DNA of 64,000 nt, from assembly GCA_964270895.1 (NCBI GenBank), contig OZ185435.1; one strand, 5' to 3'. Position numbers and translations under genes: made by a program. Shown here piece by piece: positions 49,594 to 63,545 of the stretch (its first letter is position 1; each line of letters starts with the position of its first letter). The notes under the pieces were generated by a model. The model ran no database searches. It had not been told where the DNA came from and saw only the letters and a program-made list of their open reading frames with translations. The DNA is from Podarcis filfolensis (lineage: Eukaryota).

Positions 49594-50123
49594 TTGTCTT
49601 GTGATTAGAATGTAAACTAATATATAAGGTAAGAATCACATCATTGCTTTATCCAATTTTATCTCTGGTCTTCCACAACTGGTATGTGGTCTAGGTAATT
49701 GCCCATGAATGAATAATACCCTCAGGCCAACAAAGGTCCTGAGGGCCTATTATATGGAGAGAATGGGTAAGAGGCCCTCAGCAGGATGGAGGTTGTTTTT
49801 GTTCTCCTACTCATTATTTATTCTTAGCATTTGTATGTCTAACACAATGTTCTCTGAGGAGCTAGGAGTTCACAAATGCCACTTTCTGTATCCTATATGA
49901 AGTCAAGTGGAACGATGAATAGGGAAAGGATACAAGATCCTTCCCTTCCTGCCAAAAAACCAACACTAGAGATTTTGTCCAATGTCCTGCGTGGCAGGAA
50001 GCTAGCCGTGTTTTCAGCCAGAGATCACGAGTGCTTGCAAGTTGATCTTGGATTACAAAGGAGTATACCAAGTTTGCAGCTAAGAATTAAAGTAAATTCC
50101 AGAATTAAAATACCTAGACTATT

Positions 50124-50224
50124 AGAACATAGAAACATATAAGGCTGCCTTGTACTGAATCTAGCCAATGGTCCATATAGCTGAATGTTGCCCACACTGA
50201 GTGGCAGTGGCTCTCTGGATTTTT
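50124..50224 (-). mobile_element. CR1-like 3' tail half of a tRNA-SINE (or a CR1 3' end)
   Basis: agaacatagaaacatataaggctgccttgtactgaatctagccaatggtccatatagct...ggcagtggctctc, the same tail type as at 6114. Confidence 0.7.
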
Positions 50225-51047
50225 AGATATCTGCTAGCATAGCCAAATGATTTGAGTACCATAGTAGGAAAATACCTTGGAAACTATTTCGTGTTACTGT
50301 GAAATAACTTGCGCTAGCACACATCTTGGGACTTTGTTCAAGAGACCCTGTAGAAAATATTGAGCAATGTTTTGCACAAATGTAAACACACCTCTAAATT
50401 TAATTCTGTGTTTTTAACACAAGGCTGTCAAAAATGCCTTTCTTCTCATGGAAAGGAATATATGGACACCACCTGACATAGATTTTTATTTTCTGAGTTG
50501 GATTTGAAGGTGAGCTGAAAAAGCTGCTTTCCCCCAGGAGTTAATGACGGGTTACCAAGATCCGTTCTCTTCTTATATTGTCCCTAGGGAACGCTTTGCA
50601 CCTATAACAATTAGAGCGAAGTATTGTGAAATCGCTGAATTGTACAACTTTTCTCTGTGGTTTCTCTTAAGTTACAGGTGTGCTTTTCTTCACCTGAATG
50701 GTTGTTATGTGTATTAAGACTAGTTTTCCAATAAGTTGGATATGAAACGTCTCTTCCTTCACTTTCTCCTTCTCCTGTTTACACAGTAGAGAGCAATAAT
50801 TGTTTTATTGTTTCACAAAGGAAAATATTTCTATATTGATTCATACCTGACCGATCGATAGAAAAATAAAAATAAAGTTTCCTTCTTCATACCGGGTGGT
50901 TTCAAAGGAAGTTATTGACAATATAATAACCATCTCAAAGAAAGCATTACATTGAAAATGTTCAGGTAGTCTTAAATGCTTTTGAATAACAAACAACAAT
51001 AATCACATCCACACAAGTTTTTCTCCTGTTAGAGAGCATTAATTTTA

Positions 51048-51110
51048 ACCTCAAGGTGCTGGGGACTGAACTTAGGAACTTCTGCATGCAAAGCAGAGCC
51101 ATAACCCTTC
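51048..51110 (-). mobile_element. tRNA-like head half of the same SINE family
   Basis: acctcaaggtgctggggactgaacttaggaacttctgcatgcaaagcagag shares acctcaaggt and tgcatgcaaag with 6175-6220. Confidence 0.65.
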
Positions 51111-54100
51111 AATTTGAGACAGTTGTTATTTCAGAGATGGATATAGGTGGGAAAATTGCCTTTTATGAAGTAAAAAAGGTGCTAGGTAATCAGGAAAAAT
51201 TGAATGCCTAGATACAATAGGCAGAAGTTTAAATGCAAGTGACTTGAGGTTTGGACTACCACTGTAACAAGGAAATAATTACTAGATACAACCTGAGGGG
51301 GTTACTATTCCTGGGAGGTGCCAGGAAGTACCGGTAGTTAAGGGCAAGGTCTACTCTTTCTCATCCAAGGAGAAGGAGGCTGCAGCCAGCAACAGCTTTG
51401 TAAAACCTTTATTCAGAGCTTAGAATGTTCAGCCAAAAGGCCTAAATGCTGCCTGGAAGCCATCGCTGCAGAAAGGAGGAACATGGAACGAAGGGTTTGT
51501 GGGACCCTAAGTATGTATTAAAATGTTAAACTGAAGTAGCATTGTGTTCCCCTCCCCCTAATAAAATCAGGCCAGACCTACATATCACACATATCCAACA
51601 AACATGAGTTCCACAAGGACTGATGCTATCAGTACAAATGGATCCTTTCAGTACAAAAATAAATCTTCTTAACAATTCCTCAACAGTTGAATTATTATTT
51701 TAAAAAACAGGATTTTTTTATTTTAATATTTAATATTTAATATAATTATTATGAAAAATTAAGGAAAATTGGGCAAAGATAGGTACTGGAACAGCAGGAT
51801 CATATAAGTGGTAATATTACGCTTTTCTTTCTGTTCTGTGTTCACAATAAAAAAAGTCTTTGTGATTGGGGAAAAGGAGCGTTCTTTAACAGGAAACTTA
51901 TGTTGTTGGGATATGAGTACATAATGCAGATTCAGAAGGATTTAGCTACAAAGGGATATGTTGTCTTCACCTTTTAGTGGGATCAAAACCAGTTCTTGAG
52001 TGTGTCATATAAGATGGGGAAAATAATAAATGAAACTATCTGAATAAGTTATAAGAAGGGAGCAGAGAGAGCTGGATCATCATTATTAGCCTTGTCGAGT
52101 AGTATAATGGCCTATCGACTACCCACTGTTTATTTGCAGACTGAAAAGAACCCAAACTAAAAACAGGACTTGGAATGGAATATGAAACTATATTTCTAAA
52201 AGTATATAACAGCAGGATAAAAAGATAGGATGAGTGGTAGGTATTTTTATTGATTGGAATCCTGCTTTCCTATTGATATACCCTGGAAAACATATTAATA
52301 AAGGAAGAGTTTGATAGGGATGCTATTGCTACCATAAAAAATTACCTTGGGTTGTTTTGAAGAAGTACGTAGTAGAATCTAAGCAAGCTGCTGTGAATAA
52401 AAGTAACAGAGAATCCAGTGCATGGTTTCCTCTGTATATAAAGTGTGATTTTGTGCTTGCCTGGTGAAATAAGGATGAGAGGGTTTTGCTTCTAGCATGC
52501 TGTGAGAATTTCTATCCCAGAGAGAAATACAGGGAAACATATAATTTTATTTAAGGATTTCAAATGCCCACATTAGAGTGTCTTTTTGAGGTGATCTAAG
52601 TGAAATGGAAAAATTGCCTGAACTCCCCTTGTATCATGCAAAATCCAGGGAAGAGATATCTGAAAAGAGTAATGGATCACATGTTGTCTTGGACACTCGC
52701 TTGGAGGCATACTGTTTTATAGCTGTTTCTTTTCATAGCAATGATTATGGTATCTGACTTAAATAGGGCTTCTGCCGTTATATTTTTCTCCCATTATATG
52801 CCAGAATAGTTCCAATCAACACAAATAATGGCACTTCATTTTAATTCATAAAATAACGTGGCTAGAAAGTGGTGTTTGGTAAACATTGGAATACAAATGT
52901 GGTAAATTTGTATTTGTATTAAGTGCATTTTTTCCCTTTTATTGGGATTGTTTGTGCAAGCCTCCTTGATCTTGCTTGGGATTGAATTAATACATCCAGA
53001 TCCATCCCCGACTCAGCACAAAAATTGTTCTGTCCTGCTCTACAAATCCAAATCTTTGGTATTCCTAATCACTTGCACTGGCCAATGCTGCCAATTCTCG
53101 TACTCCAATCCTGCCAATTCTCACGCTCCAGTATAGTAGCTCAACTTTCCTTGCCTTTTCAGCACTGCCGTATGGGGTCTGTGGATGCCAGCCTGGCAAG
53201 AGTATTTCTCCCTTGTCTGCCTGCCTCTCTATGCCAGTGCCTGCTTGCCTGCCTGCCTGCCTGCCTGGGACTGGTTTCTCTTGAAGTAGCAGGGCTGGGT
53301 GACAGGCCAGAGTTTTTTATATGCTACTTTTTCCCTACAAGGCCTACTGACACAAACAGAAGACAGACTACTAACACACAGAAAACATAGCACAGATTAT
53401 ATCCCTCCCACCTAAGTACAGTGATTGGAAAGTGTTGACTGAGCTTCTACCCCTGGATTGGAAGCTTTCAATGAGTGAAGTCCAGTTCCCCTACTACCTC
53501 TCTCCCCACCCTGACATTCCCCTTAAATGGTGTTGTGATTAACAATTGCAACACTTTGGAGACTGTGGGTGATATTCAACTAAGTTTTACTCTAGAACAG
53601 TTGAAATTATTGAAGTCAATCACATTCATTAATTTCAATGATTCCACTCTGAATTAAATTTAGCCACCCAGTTCAGGAGTCATTCAGATTGAATAACAAA
53701 TATTAGGACTGTGCAACCAGAGTCAAATGATATGCAATGGTGGCTGTGGAAAAATATAAATGTTGTACACTTGTATTGCTACAGATATTGATGTCTTCTG
53801 AGGCAAAGGAGTAGGGTTGAATAGTTGGATCTTACCCATGATGGGTGCAAGTCTCTGTGGAAAAAATGGCATATACTCAATACATGTTTTGGAGTTTTAT
53901 TATACATTAGCTTCAGATGCCATGCTTCATAATTTTCTAGCTGTGCATGTTATTTCTAATTTAAATCTAACGGCCTTAGTTGATGTTATCATCTTGAGCA
54001 TAATGTCCGTTCGATGCAATGAAAAATGTAGTTCATCCAAGTTTAAATTATTTTGAGAGTCAGCTACACATAATGCACAGAGGCAGAATGCCTTATCTGA

Positions 54101-56335
54101 AAGGAACACTTACTTTGAAGTTGACATTTCTTTTATGTAGCAGTGATTGCAACTGTAGATATGGAGTAAATGGCATATTATGCAAAGTGAAAGTTTAATT
54201 AGAACGAGAAACTTCAATTGAATATTTCTGTTTGATTCATAATCTACCAGCAGATAAAATATCATTTACTCATTTGAAATTTGATGTAAGCAGTATGGCT
54301 GATACCAGGAGAAAAAAACTTTTGACCTCCCACCAATCTTTGACGTGTGTGCGTGTGATATTTGAAGTTTAATGTGTTTAGGAGAGGGATCAGCATTTGC
54401 TCTATGGAATCCATCATAAGCAGAGAAGAATTAAAATTTTTAAAGTTAACAATAACAAAGCGTTAAGATTACAAACCATGATGTCTTGGGCAGCCCTTAG
54501 TTTAGTAAAAGATTGTTAAATATGATGGTTTAATTGTTGAAATGGAAAATAGCTCTGCATGTGTATTGCTAAAAGGGTTTGGAAAATTCCATTGACCTAA
54601 ACTAGGAGCTGTCTAAATGCCACCAGGTTGATAATTTACTTTTTAAGTATCTCTGCTGGCCCTCCGTGTGTCTAACTTAGATCACATGTCAGTCTGTTGC
54701 AAATCTCCATTTTCTGTGAGCCTTTTTCCCCCAAGCAAGTGAAGACAAAGGTGTGGAGAGAAAACAGCCTTCAGGATAATGGAGTCTCTGGGAGAGACAG
54801 AGCTGTATCAACTCAGATTATAAACAGTACTGTATTTCATATTTGTAAGAAGAAGAACCTGTACTTGGACAAGCACATGATCTTATGCAACTATCTGGAT
54901 ATAGCATAATTATTTTATGTTCTGTTTTGAAGAAAGTTCTGTTAGTAAAGTTTTGAAGCCCTATTTTGGGACTGGACAATTTTTATTCTAAGAGGAGTCA
55001 GTTTTTATTAATCCTGTTGCTTCAAGCTGAGTAATATTAATATCTGCAATAAAGATTGACATTGTTGTAAAGGCTGTTGTAAAGGTAAATTGTATCAATA
55101 TGTACCTATACTTATGTACCTATACTTGTGCCAAGACAATCATTCCTTCAGGGTAAGCATTTTGGCTCCCAGAAAGAATGATTCCCTCTCTCCTCACCCC
55201 TCCATGTGCTATTCTGGAGACTCTCCCCCACAGAGCCAATTTTGGGGTGTGTGTCAGGAGGAGAGGAAGGTCAAATCCCATTGCACAAGTGAAAGTGCTT
55301 GTGTAGAGTTTCTGCTAATGTGACTCGTTAGTTAAATGCTGCCAATGTGTATCAGAACCTTAGAATATTTATATTTTTAAAAACATCATACCTATATTAC
55401 ATCAAATCTATGCTGTTCTTAATGGTAGTAAAAGTGAAAATCATTCTGCTACAAATCAAAGTATGTGACTGTATTTGTAGAGAATAGAATGCTTTGCATA
55501 AAAATTTTGCTGAATGTGCAGAAAAATGAGGTGTTTAACTCTTCAATAGAGAATTAGATGTACATTTTGGTAGATCATGGGAAATTAGCATTCCATATAC
55601 TTAGTAAATGGTAGATTTTTACATCATGCTGAAATTGAATATGAACATATTCAGTATTCAGCTTTAATCTCAATAGTGAAGGTTTCTAGAAGTGAAGTAC
55701 CAGTAAATGTTATCAAAGTGAAGAAGTGTACTAACTACAACACCACTGAGTATTTCTACTCAAATTATTATATCATGTCTTTTGTTGCTCTTGTGTGTGT
55801 GTGTGTTTAAGAAATGTCTTTTGCAACTAATGTTGCCTGAAACATGATGATGATTCAGCCTCAGCCTTTAATCAGTGTTGAAACATACACCCAACTTTTT
55901 AAGCTACAAAATTATCCAAATAGTGCTTTGATTTGCTTAATTTCCTTCTTTGGGCTTCAGAAAGCTGCTGCTGGCAGAACAGATTGTGGGCACTGTAGAG
56001 GTGTGAAAATATCTTGTCTCAGCATCTCTGCATCTGTGAAGATTTGATTTACCTCTTAAGTGCTTATCTTTTGGTTCTGCTACTAATTCCCAAGCGTTTC
56101 CCCAAAAATGACACTGCAGCAAACTTTTCGAATTGCTTCCTTCCTTCCCTGAGTTTCATACAAAGGCTGTGAGTCCCAGCCTCCAAGCTGCATCTGTGGA
56201 CCCAGACACCACACCAACAGACTGTCTGGGGAGCCCTGGAGCACAAGTTATTGATATTGTTCTTTCTGGATGATTATTATTTGTTTTCAGTCTGTACATT
56301 TATTTGTTGATTAATGGTGGAGTTGATTTAGCTTG

Positions 56336-56360
56336 TTGATTGATTGATTGATTGATTGAT
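56336..56360. repeat. (TTGA)n microsatellite
   Basis: ttgattgattgattgattgattgat. Confidence 0.9.
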
Positions 56361-57546
56361 GAGTGTCATAGGCTTCATCTGGTGACTTCCACCAGTTAAA
56401 ACACCTCAGGATCCTTACTTTTAAAATTGATCAAAATGCAGAATAGAAACATCTGAAACAAAATTATTTTTCAATTTTATTAATGTAATTGAGCTTTCTT
56501 TACCTTTGATATAATCATACTTTTTTAGCTTAATCATATCCAGAGATCTACAAATAATTGCTGAGTTTGGCAGCCAGACAAAAAATTGTGATCTCCAGGA
56601 CTAGAAATCTTTCCCAGTGGGAAGGTCTTGTTCCTGATGTCATACAATGCAAGGACAAGTACTGCTCCCAGCAGTTTCAAGTTTGGAGTGTGTGTGTGTT
56701 TGTGTGTTCAAGTGTGAGAGGGGACCTAGTGCAATTGTAAAGCCAGACAATATGTTAGTAGAAGTTAGCAAAGCCAAGGTAACAGGCCTACACTGGTCCA
56801 GAACTGGTCAGCTAGAGGCTTGCTGTGTCTGTGTAGGTTGGTTGTTCTGTGAAGCTATTACAGAGCCAAGGCAACAAACATCTGCTTCCAGACTCACCAT
56901 TGCCGTTTCAAATGGTTGTCAGATCTTTTCAATTACTTTGTCTTGCTTCTTAATACACTATAGGATCCCCAAATTTGGGGGGGGGGGCAGTATGTGGCAG
57001 GTGTAAGTATAGGTTAGTAGTTGTTATTTTTTTAATTTCTTAAAGTCTTTGACCCTGCTGGCTGCATATTGGCTCTGGAAAGAAAGATAGCAGTGACTAG
57101 TGCTGCCATACCTCTGGCAGAGCCAGTGCCTTTAACAAGTAAATAAAAGGAGGAGGTGAGAAAAGAAATTCCCCATCACCATTTGATTCCTTTCTTTTCA
57201 GTCGAAGTGACAAGGATTCAGCTCAGAGACAAATTGGAATCCAGTGCTTTAAGACATCTTAGACAAACCAAGTGAAGGGATATATTTCGTAAGCCCAGCT
57301 GCAGACTCCTGAAAATTTTAAAAATCAAATTGCACATATATTTGGAATGTTGTTTTGTTTTGTTTTTATGACAGTCTAATTGACTTGGGTCCTGAGAACA
57401 ATGAGCAGATGGAAGATACTGGAAGATGGCTTTTTTTGTCCACAGTTCCTTCTGCAATGTTGTTTATGAAATTCCCACCTCCTCATCAGTTTCCAGATCA
57501 CATATACCCCATCCTATGATGTTCAGGTCTTCCAAATCATCTAGGG

Positions 57547-57675
57547 TAGCAATAGCCAGTGTGGTGCCTTCCAGATATTGTTGGAATACAGCTCCCATCA
57601 GCCACAGTCAACCTGGTCAGTGTTCAGGGATAGTGGGAGTTGTTGTCCAACGTTGGGCACCACATAGGGCACCTC
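57547..57675. mobile_element. Palindromic squamate MITE (same family as 13295 and 24485)
   Basis: gtggtgccttccagatattgttggaatacagctcccatc...gtgggagttgttgtccaac...gggcaccaca. Confidence 0.8.
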
Positions 57676-59844
57676 TTCTCTGAATAGACTTTTCCATTTG
57701 CTGGGGGAAAGGCAAAGTCTGCTCAGAGCTGCCTTCTGCTTTTATAGCATTTAGATTCCAAGGCAAAAATTCCTTCACAGTGTTATAATTTATTTTAGGA
57801 TGAAATTATGTCTTTGCCTTGTCCTCCAGAAATAAAACTAGAGAAAATCAAATTCGTAGAAAAAGGACATGAAACTACAATTAACAGATGAAGCCAAATA
57901 CTCAGCCACAGAGAAGAGACAAAATGGAAGGAAAGAAACAAAGTGGATATAAATATCAGAAAAGCAAGAAAACAAAGGGAGTCACTCAGACAATACCGAC
58001 AGATTCTGAAAATTACAAATCACCTACTTTAACCTCGCCATGGGATTTTTCACTGAAGCTGATAATAAAGCAATCAGTCTGCAGGCACCTTGAGGATAAC
58101 AATATAATAACATGCCCTTATGAGATGTGTGTTAGAAGAAGCTGCCTTTTTTGCTACGTGTTTTTGGCTGACAAGTGAAAACTAAGGGACATTTAGATTT
58201 CAATGAGAGATTTTGCATCATTCCAAGTAAGAATCTCTTTGAAAACTTGTGTGTGCCCATAACCTTATACAGAAATACAAGCAGAATAATTATTAGTTAT
58301 CTACCATCAGTTTTTATCAAACATTATATCATGGTTTTCAGCTCATTTATTATCTTCAAATATCAAATGTGTTCTCTAATCATTTGTTAAACATATTTGC
58401 ATGTTGCTTCTTTAGCAACACTCTCATTTTTTTTTAATTACAAAAGAAGCAATAACAAAGCATATGTGAAATTAAGGCAAGAAGTTAAAACACCAGTTGT
58501 CCAGTTAAAAACATGGGTGCATAATACAGCTTAAATTCTAAAGAAGGTGATATCTGTTCACTGGAAGATGTGTAAATGGATGTGGTCGATGTTCTTACAC
58601 GGCCTAATAGAATCCGGAGGTCCTGAGTTGGCTTCTGAGTTGGTTATAGGGCCTAGTTCCTTAGGTTTAGGAAACTGTCTAATCATTCAATACTCTCTTA
58701 TGATTATTGTTAACATGCATATTATCAATTTACATTTTGGGTGGTTTTTTATGAAGTATCAACAAGCTTGGTTCTAAATCAGTCATTCTATTTATCTTCC
58801 ATAGTTATAAAGATGCAATGTTATCTGGCATTTTGAAAACAATAAAAGGCAACTAAATGCCTAGTTGACAGGTGTAATAACCAAAATAACTTATTCTTTA
58901 ACAGCCATGTATTTACTGCCTATGCAAAGTAATGATTTTAAATTGTTGAGGAGATCATAATTTCAGTCATTTTTCTAACTGAGGTGGAAAGATATTGAGC
59001 AGCCTTCTGGATAGTATATGGAAATAAATGCACTGATCCATTTGTATTGTGATTTTCACAATAAGTAGCACATAAAGAGAATGGTACCTCATAGAAGTGC
59101 ATTTTTGTGTACATAGAATATTAAAACTACAGTAATATTAATATGTAATCACCTTAAATTTACAGAATGTAGAAAGACATCTGAGTAACAAACTATATAT
59201 TTTTAAAGCAATTGTCACAATTTTAATCCATGACAAAGCCAACCTAAAATAATGAAAGTCTTCAGAGATTTTGGTACAGTAGTATATGCTGCCTATTAGA
59301 AATATTTAACTGAGCAGTTTGAAACATGGCATAATATAGGATTCCATGGCAAGATCGCCTTTTCCAAGCACAAACTGCTTCCTAGAGTGGCTGAGATTGA
59401 TGGAGGAAGGAAATGATTTACTAGTATCTAGGTTTCCTGCTGATCTTGTCATTTCACCTGCTTGCAGTAATATATTTTTCATATTATTTTAGAGAAATAT
59501 CAGTGGAAACATAAGGGCAGTTCCAGGCAACTTAGAAATACAGAATTCCCCTCTCCCTTAACCCTGTTCCTATGCTAACCCAATCACAGTGATGTCTCCT
59601 CTTTATCGTATCCCTGTGTAATGAAAGGGGGCAGAGAGATAGTATTATTCTGATAACATTTTTTGAAGGGAAATGTGTGCCGGAAACTATTTCTTTATTG
59701 TAATTTAAAAGTTTTATTGTGTACTTTATGAATAGATAAGGGAATAATCTAGCAAAAGTCACCTGAAACTAAGTTCCATTGAAATCAACACAGTCACAAA
59801 TAAAGCTGCAATCCCACATTCACTAACTTGCGAGATGTTTCCTT

Positions 59845-61000
59845 TGTTGATACCATTTGATCACAGTAATCTTATGGAGTGGCTGAGGGATATGGGGGTT
59901 GGGGTCACTTGACCTTAGTGCTTCTGCTCCTACCTCCAGGGCAATTTCCAGAAAGTAGTTCTGAGGTGGGAGAACTGTTTGCCATGTGAGCTTTCCTGTG
60001 ACACCCTGCAAGGTTCCATTTTGTCTCCCACGTTATTTAACGCCTTCATGAAGCCACTGGGAGTAGGCAACTGGAAATTTGGAGCATCACCAATATGTGG
60101 GTGACACCCAGCTTTATCTCTCCATTCCATCTGAATCAGGAGAGGCAGCTGAGGTACTAGATGGAGGTAGTGATAGGCTGGATATGAGCCAAAAAACTGA
60201 AGCTCAGTCCCAAAAAGACAGTGGTGTTATATGTTCCAAGTCCTTGAGTCCTGGAGGTGAGAAGATAGTTACAGGTGAGGTTCTACTTGTTTGTAGCTTG
60301 TTTCTTGAGGCTCAGGTGGTCTCAGGGCTAGGAGTGCCTATTTCTGACTCCAGTTGTTCCACCAACTTTTTGGACAGATGACTTGGCCATGATAATTCAC
60401 ATTCTGGTAACTTCCAATTTGGATTATTGCAATGCGCTTGATTGTGGGGTTGCTCGCAAAGACGACTTGGAAGCTTCAGCTGGTTCAAAATGCATCAGCC
60501 AAATGACTGGATGGGGTTTCCTTTAGAACTCATATGATACTTGTTTTAAAACAGCTGCATTGGTTGCCAGGTCTTTTCCAGGCCCAATTAAAGATGGTCA
60601 TGTTAGTGTTGAAAGTCCTAAATGATTTAGCCCCAAATATCTGCAAAATTGTCTCCTTCCATCTTGGGTGTTAAGATCAGCAAAGGGGGTGGGGCTTGGT
60701 AATTCCATGTCCCTCAAAAGTTTTTTTGGGAAGAGAGTTGCCTGAGAGAGAGCATTCTCTGTAGTAGTTCCTAGGAATTCCCTCACTACAGACATGCATC
60801 TGGCACCTTCGTTATATAGCTTTTGTTATATGCTGAATACATGCCTCTTTCCGCAAGCCTTAGACACCCTGAGGTATGTGTTTTTGTGGTCCACCTTATA
60901 TTTGTGACTGTGATTTGTTTTAACTGCTTTTAATGCTGAATTATAGATAGTGGTTAACTGTCCTGGGATGTGCTGATGAAGGGCAGGAAATAATTTCAAT
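59845..61000 (+). mobile_element. Decayed L2-clade LINE, RT to 3' end
   Basis: Motifs FDT..DH, HQYVGDTQLYLSIP (ORF 60079-60381), KLQLVQNASA and LKQLHWLP, plus a 3' end gatgaagggcaggaaataat. Confidence 0.88.
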
Positions 61001-61944
61001 CATCATCGTCATATTAATTCCATCATGTTGCTAATTCAACCCTAGAGTTGGATAATCTCTCATCTGTTTACATAATAGTATTGGTTATGATTCAGTTGAA
61101 GCAATTTCTGAAATACAGGTTCAAAGTATCTATTTTAAATAATGTATGTCCCCATTCTTACAGCAGCATATTTAAGAACAAATTGTGAAATTTAATTGCA
61201 CGTGGTTCCACATGATACCATCAAATAGTGTTTTTAATAATGTATAATGAATTAGCCTGAACTTACTGAAAAGCATGAGAAGTTTCATTTGATTTGATGA
61301 GTAATTTATTTTTATTAAGACTAGGACAAGAAAACAACTGTGAATTAAAGTAATAGTACTTTACCAGTTTTACAACTCCCACCAATTAAATTGAATTTTG
61401 TAAGGGGCTGATAACATGCACCTCCTCATTACATATATAATTACTTTGGTTTAATCATTTAATTATTCATATTGAAATAATGGATGTGAATTGACTGTCA
61501 AATCAGTGCAACCTTCATGAATTTTTGTAATGTGTCCCAATCCCCCAAAGCACTGCATTTGCTCAGAGCTCTACATACCTTGTAACAGGAGCCTGTCTTT
61601 ATTTATTTGGAGAGAGGGGTCATAAAAGGAATGGGGAAATCACATATTTCCAGTTCTTTCCTTATTGAGCTACTTAGGAATAGAGGGCTCAGATTTGATG
61701 TGGCTACCAACATTTTATACTATATAGCAGGATGGAAAAGGAAATACTCAGGAGAGTTGCAAAGGGAAAGGGGTGCTTTCTTTGTCTTAAAATATCCCTG
61801 TATAATGCAAACACACACCTCAATCCTAATACTTTCAGTTTTTTACAATATGTAAAATAAGGTATAAGATCTCTCTGCCCTGGCCCCCAAGGTTGAGCTA
61901 TAAGGAGTTGTCAGATGTAAGTCAGTACTCCCTCCATAGATTGC

Positions 61945-62081
61945 AGATTCTTTAAGCAGAGGCTGGATGGCCATCTGTCATGGATGCTTTAGCTGAGATT
62001 CCTGCATTGCAGAGGGTTGGACAAGATGACCCTTGAGGTCCCTTCCAACTCCCATGACTCTGCAATTCTATGATTCTATGA
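61945..62081 (+). mobile_element. CR1 LINE 3' end
   Basis: tttaagcagaggctggatggccatctgtca...gggttggacaagatgacccttgaggtcccttccaact...attctatgattctatga. Confidence 0.9.
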
Positions 62082-63424
62082 GGTCCAAATCAATTGAAGC
62101 ACATCAAAGCTAGGAAGATCTTGTTTCTCAAACAAAATCCCTACCAGGAAACCTTTTATAGCCCCCCTTCTCCTTAGCCTAGGTGGGTCAGGCTAGCCTA
62201 GAGTCAGAGAATACTTCACTGCCATGAAGTTACTCCAAAGTGTAGTTCTTATATGGCAGTGCACGGGGCAACTGCATACAGAATTGAAGATGTTCAGTTC
62301 TAGCCTGGCCCTCCTGGCATTCTCACACGAGTTGTACAGTTCAGTCCTTTAGGTTCATTTTCTAGGGTCCATCTGTCATGTCATTGCACAAATGAACAGA
62401 TCCACTCCTTGCTTGATCATGGTATTGATCATGCAAAAATACATGAGATGAAAAGGGTTCAGACTATTTCCTATGAGATACTCACTTCACAAGAAAGTCT
62501 TTTTTTCTGTGCTGGATAAGGGCCAACAAACTCAAACTCACTTCACCATACAGACCCTTTGTCATGTTTAAATTGAGTTTGAGTTTATTATTATAAGACT
62601 TTTTCAACATGGAGGAAAACATGCTACGGGAAGTCTACCTATTTAGCTAATTTGACCTAGTTCTCAATGTAAACTGCCCACTGATCTCCTAGATGAGATT
62701 GTTTATATTCTCCTAGTTCTTGCTCTGTAGGTCCTTCATCTAGTGTTTTTGTTAGACTTGAGATTTAGGTTGAACTCACTATTTGCTCCTAAAATCTAAA
62801 TCTGTCAGCAACATTACATTGTTTTACAGTCCTCCTTGCTAAACCTGTTTGCACAGAATGAGGCTGACAGAGCCAGAATGTTTCATTCCCACATTTTGAC
62901 AGATGAAATAAATATTGCAAATATCAATAAAATCATCCTGATGTTCTTTCTGGTTCTGATTCTATTGGCAACATTGCAGAATCCAAGGATCAAATGGATT
63001 ATATATTATTAATTGTGTTGAAAGTACTTATAGACAGAAATATTGAATGAAAAGTGCACCGAATGACCATGTTTGTTGAAAGTCTGCTACCATGTTGGCA
63101 TAGGAAGTACTAAAGAAGTTAGTATAATTCAGTTAATACAGTATAGTTTATGATAATTCTAACAAGAACGATGATGGGATCTGGTGAGTTCAGAGCTTGT
63201 GCAATATTGGCTATAGAACGTTAATGACAGCTCTCCTACACATTTGATTATTTAAGTGGTTGAATAAAATGTGGCACACACACAAAGCTTCATTGGTTAT
63301 CTCACTTTTGTTTGCCATTGTACTGAACTATTACTAGGAAGGCTGAAACTGCTAATAGCAAATTCAATAAATGTGTCTCATACTATTTCATCAAAGCAAA
63401 TGAGAAACAATATTATTAAATTAT

Positions 63425-63545
63425 TTCTATTAACCAGGCCCTACTACCTGAACTTCATATAAATGAAACTCACTGTCTCACCCCGCAAAGGATTGTGGGT
63501 CAATCAACAAAAAATAAATGCAAAGCAATGTCTATTTAAGTTATA
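63425..63545 (+). mobile_element. Old MIR/CORE-like SINE fragment
   Basis: tataaatgaaactcactgtctcaccccgcaaaggattgtgggtcaatcaac...aaatgcaaagca resembles the CORE region. Confidence 0.3.

Noticed and set aside
752-61000. Strand bias of LINE insertions relative to DPP10
   Set aside because: Fragments occur on both strands and the counts are too small to support a bias.
4334-63462. Remaining 60-130-aa ORFs in the track
   Set aside because: They have no recognisable domains, often use non-ATG starts, and match the random expectation for six frames of intron.
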